A stretch of 59,765 nt of DNA from the NCBI GenBank assembly GCA_043809585.1, contig JBDROZ010000109.1, positions 1 to 59,765 on the forward strand, given 5' to 3'. The notes under the pieces are model-generated. The model ran no database searches. It saw only the letters and a program-made list of their open reading frames with translations, and was not told the DNA's origin. Position numbers and translations under genes: made by a program. How positions within the stretch are numbered: the stretch's first letter is position 1; every line of letters begins with the position of its first letter. Of the stretch, positions 57,771-59,765 are shown in pieces. Source of the DNA: Candidatus Eiseniibacteriota bacterium. GTDB taxonomy: Bacteria > Orphanbacterota > Orphanbacteria > Orphanbacterales > Orphanbacteraceae.

Positions 57771-59765
57771 GCGGCGGGATCGTGCTCGAAGGATCCCTCG
57801 AGCGGATCGTCTTCCGCAACGAGGAGAATCACTGGACCGTGGGCCGCCTCAGGGACGAGAGGGAAGGCCGTCTCATCGCCGTGGTCGGCAACCTCCCCGG
57901 CGTCTCGGTGGGGGAGAACCTCCGGCTTCACGGAAAATGGGTGGTGAACCCTCGTTTCGGCGAGCAGTTCGAGGTCGAATCGTACGAGGTGCGGCCCCCC
58001 GTCACGGAGGGGGGAATCGAGAAGTACCTCTCCTCGGGACTCGTGCGGGGGGTCGGCCCGGAGATGGCGAAGCGCATCGTCGCACGGTTCGGCGTCGACG
58101 CCCTCGAGGTGATCGACCGCGATCCCGCCCGCCTCCTCGAGGTGGACGGCATCGGCAAGAAGCGGCTTTCCATGATCGAGGAGGGGTGGACCGGACAGCG
58201 AAACGTCCGGGAGACCCTCGTCTTCCTTCACCAGCTTCCCATCGGCCCGGCCCTCGCGGCGCGCATCTACGAGGCGTACAAGGACGACACGGTCCGGAAG
58301 GTCCAGAGCGATCCCTATCTCCTGGCCGACGAGATCTGGGGCGTGGGATTCCAGACCGCCGACCGCGTGGCGGGCGCCCTCGGCGTCGAGAAGGACTCCC
58401 CCCGGCGGGCCGAGGCGGGGGTCCTCTACTGTCTCGGCCGGCTCTCCCAGTCGGGCCACGTCTGCTATCCCCGGGAGGAGCTCGCCCGGACCGCCGCGAC
58501 GACCCTCGAGCTGGAGGAGGAGGCGGCGGACGAGGCGGTGGGCCGTCTGCTCGGGAGCGGGAACGTGATCGGCGAGGAAGTGTCGCCGGGCCGGGAGATG
58601 ATCTACCGGGCGGAGATGCTCGAGGCCGAGGTGAGCGTCGCCGCCCGCATCCTCCGATTGCAGAAAGACCCGCCCGCTTCGCCTCCGATCGATTCGTTCC
58701 GCGCCCTCCGCTGGCTCGGCGAGTCCTTCGCCTTCGCCCTCGGCGACGAGCAGAAGGTCGCCGTCGAGGCGGCCGTGGACGGAAGGGTCGTGGTGGTCAC
58801 CGGCGGCCCGGGCACGGGGAAGACGACGCTCGTCCGCTCCCTCCTCGCAATCCTGGAGCGGTCGGGGGAGGAGGTGCTCCTCGCGGCTCCGACCGGCCGG
58901 GCGGCGAAGAAACTCGAGGAGGCGACGGGCAAAGGGGCGAAGACGATCCACCGGCTTCTCGAGTTCGATCCCCGGGCCGCCCTCTTCGGGCGGAACGAGG
59001 AGAGCCCGCTGACGGCGTCGACGGTGATCATCGACGAGGTCTCCATGGTGGACATCCTCCTCATGGCGAGCCTCCTCGCGGCGCTCCCGCCGGGCTGCCG
59101 GCTCGTGCTCGTCGGCGACGTGGATCAGCTGCCGTCGGTCGGACCGGGGAACGTCCTCCGGGACCTGATCGAATCGGAGCGGGTCCGCACGGTCCGTCTC
59201 ACCCAGATCTACCGGCAGGCGCGGGAGAGCCGCATCGTCGTGAACGCCCACCGCGTCAATCGGGGTCTGATGCCTCTCGAGGGGGAGGACGCCGCTGATT
59301 TCCGGTTCATCGAAGTCGAGGGGGGGGAGCAGGCCCTCGAGTGGATCAATCGTTTTCTCACCGGCGAGATCCGGAGCCGGTACGGTTTCGATCCCGTCCG
59401 GGACATGCAGGTGATGGCGCCCATGCACAAGGGCGTCGCCGGCGTGGCGAACCTGAACCGGTCGCTCCAGGCCCTTCTCAACCCGCGGGGCTCCGAGGTG
59501 CGGCGGGAGGGCAAGGTGCTTCGCCGGGGGGACAAGGTGATCCAGCTCCGGAACAACTACGACCTCGATGTCTTCAACGGGGACGTGGGGATGATCACCG
59601 ACATCGACCCGGAGGAGGACCGGATCGAGGTGATCTACGGCCCCCGCCGCGTTCTCTACGGTTTCAACCAGCTCGACGAGGTGACCCTCGCCTACGCCGT
59701 GTCGGTGCACAAGTCCCAGGGGAGCGAGTATCGAGGCGTCATCGTGCCTCTGCTCGGCGAACACT
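57767..59765 (+). CDS. recD2: ATP-dependent RecD-like DNA helicase (3' truncated)
   Basis: Manual translation from TTG: LEGSLERIVFRNEENHWTV, GVGP HhH, TGGPGTGKTT, IIDEVSMVD, GDVDQLPSVGPG, YAVSVHKSQGSEY. Absent from the ORF track because no stop codon lies in the window. Confidence 0.95.
   Translation, partial: MSGGIVLEGSLERIVFRNEENHWTVGRLRDEREGRLIAVVGNLPGVSVGENLRLHGKWVVNPRFGEQFEVESYEVRPPVTEGGIEKYLSSGLVRGVGPEMAKRIVARFGVDALEVIDRDPARLLEVDGIGKKRLSMIEEGWTGQRNVRETLVFLHQLPIGPALAARIYEAYKDDTVRKVQSDPYLLADEIWGVGFQTADRVAGALGVEKDSPRRAEAGVLYCLGRLSQSGHVCYPREELARTAATTLELEEEAADEAVGRLLGSGNVIGEEVSPGREMIYRAEMLEAEVSVAARILRLQKDPPASPPIDSFRALRWLGESFAFALGDEQKVAVEAAVDGRVVVVTGGPGTGKTTLVRSLLAILERSGEEVLLAAPTGRAAKKLEEATGKGAKTIHRLLEFDPRAALFGRNEESPLTASTVIIDEVSMVDILLMASLLAALPPGCRLVLVGDVDQLPSVGPGNVLRDLIESERVRTVRLTQIYRQARESRIVVNAHRVNRGLMPLEGEDAADFRFIEVEGGEQALEWINRFLTGEIRSRYGFDPVRDMQVMAPMHKGVAGVANLNRSLQALLNPRGSEVRREGKVLRRGDKVIQLRNNYDLDVFNGDVGMITDIDPEEDRIEVIYGPRRVLYGFNQLDEVTLAYAVSVHKSQGSEYRGVIVPLLGEH

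Noticed and set aside
57698-59764. 688-aa minus-strand ORF
   Set aside because: Antisense shadow of recD2.

Overview
GC-rich bacterial window. The gene content (secreted proteins with PNPFNP/FlgD-Ig C-terminal domains, a C-terminal 'SWGAVKGLFR' tail, OM barrels, lipoproteins) suggests a diderm FCB-group candidate phylum such as Eisenbacteria or Krumholzibacteriota; this is an inference. Layout: (1) 1-2800 holds two tandem paralogous secreted proteins among REP-like palindromes, a frameshifted DsrE-family gene and a hypothetical gene. (2) 3422-26382 is a 23 kb, 12-gene co-directional, lower-GC cluster encoding a Zn-ribbon/Ig-fused Hsp70, a degenerate Hsp70, a membrane-anchored GrpE with an extracytoplasmic FN3-like domain, an Ig-like protein, a double-Zn-ribbon beta-propeller, an exported vWA protein, a membrane protein, a 1088-aa tubulin-like GTPase, a PEGA/barrel protein, a P-domain lipoprotein and two paralogous TPR-TM proteins. 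It is the best candidate for an undescribed trans-envelope system. (3) 26472-37711 is a minus-strand heme operon (ccsA-like, hemA, C, D, B, L, E, N, H, hemY/G). (4) ffh-rpsP-khpA-rimM-trmD follow, then a 188-bp MITE, an RlmD-like methyltransferase lacking Fe-S cysteines, cohesin/dockerin-like secreted proteins, rplS-rnhB-yraN, a porin, a TPR lipoprotein, an LVIVD protein, TolC and a truncated recD2. No CRISPR array, tRNA, rRNA or transposase/integrase was recognised. All calls come from motif reading only; no searches were run.
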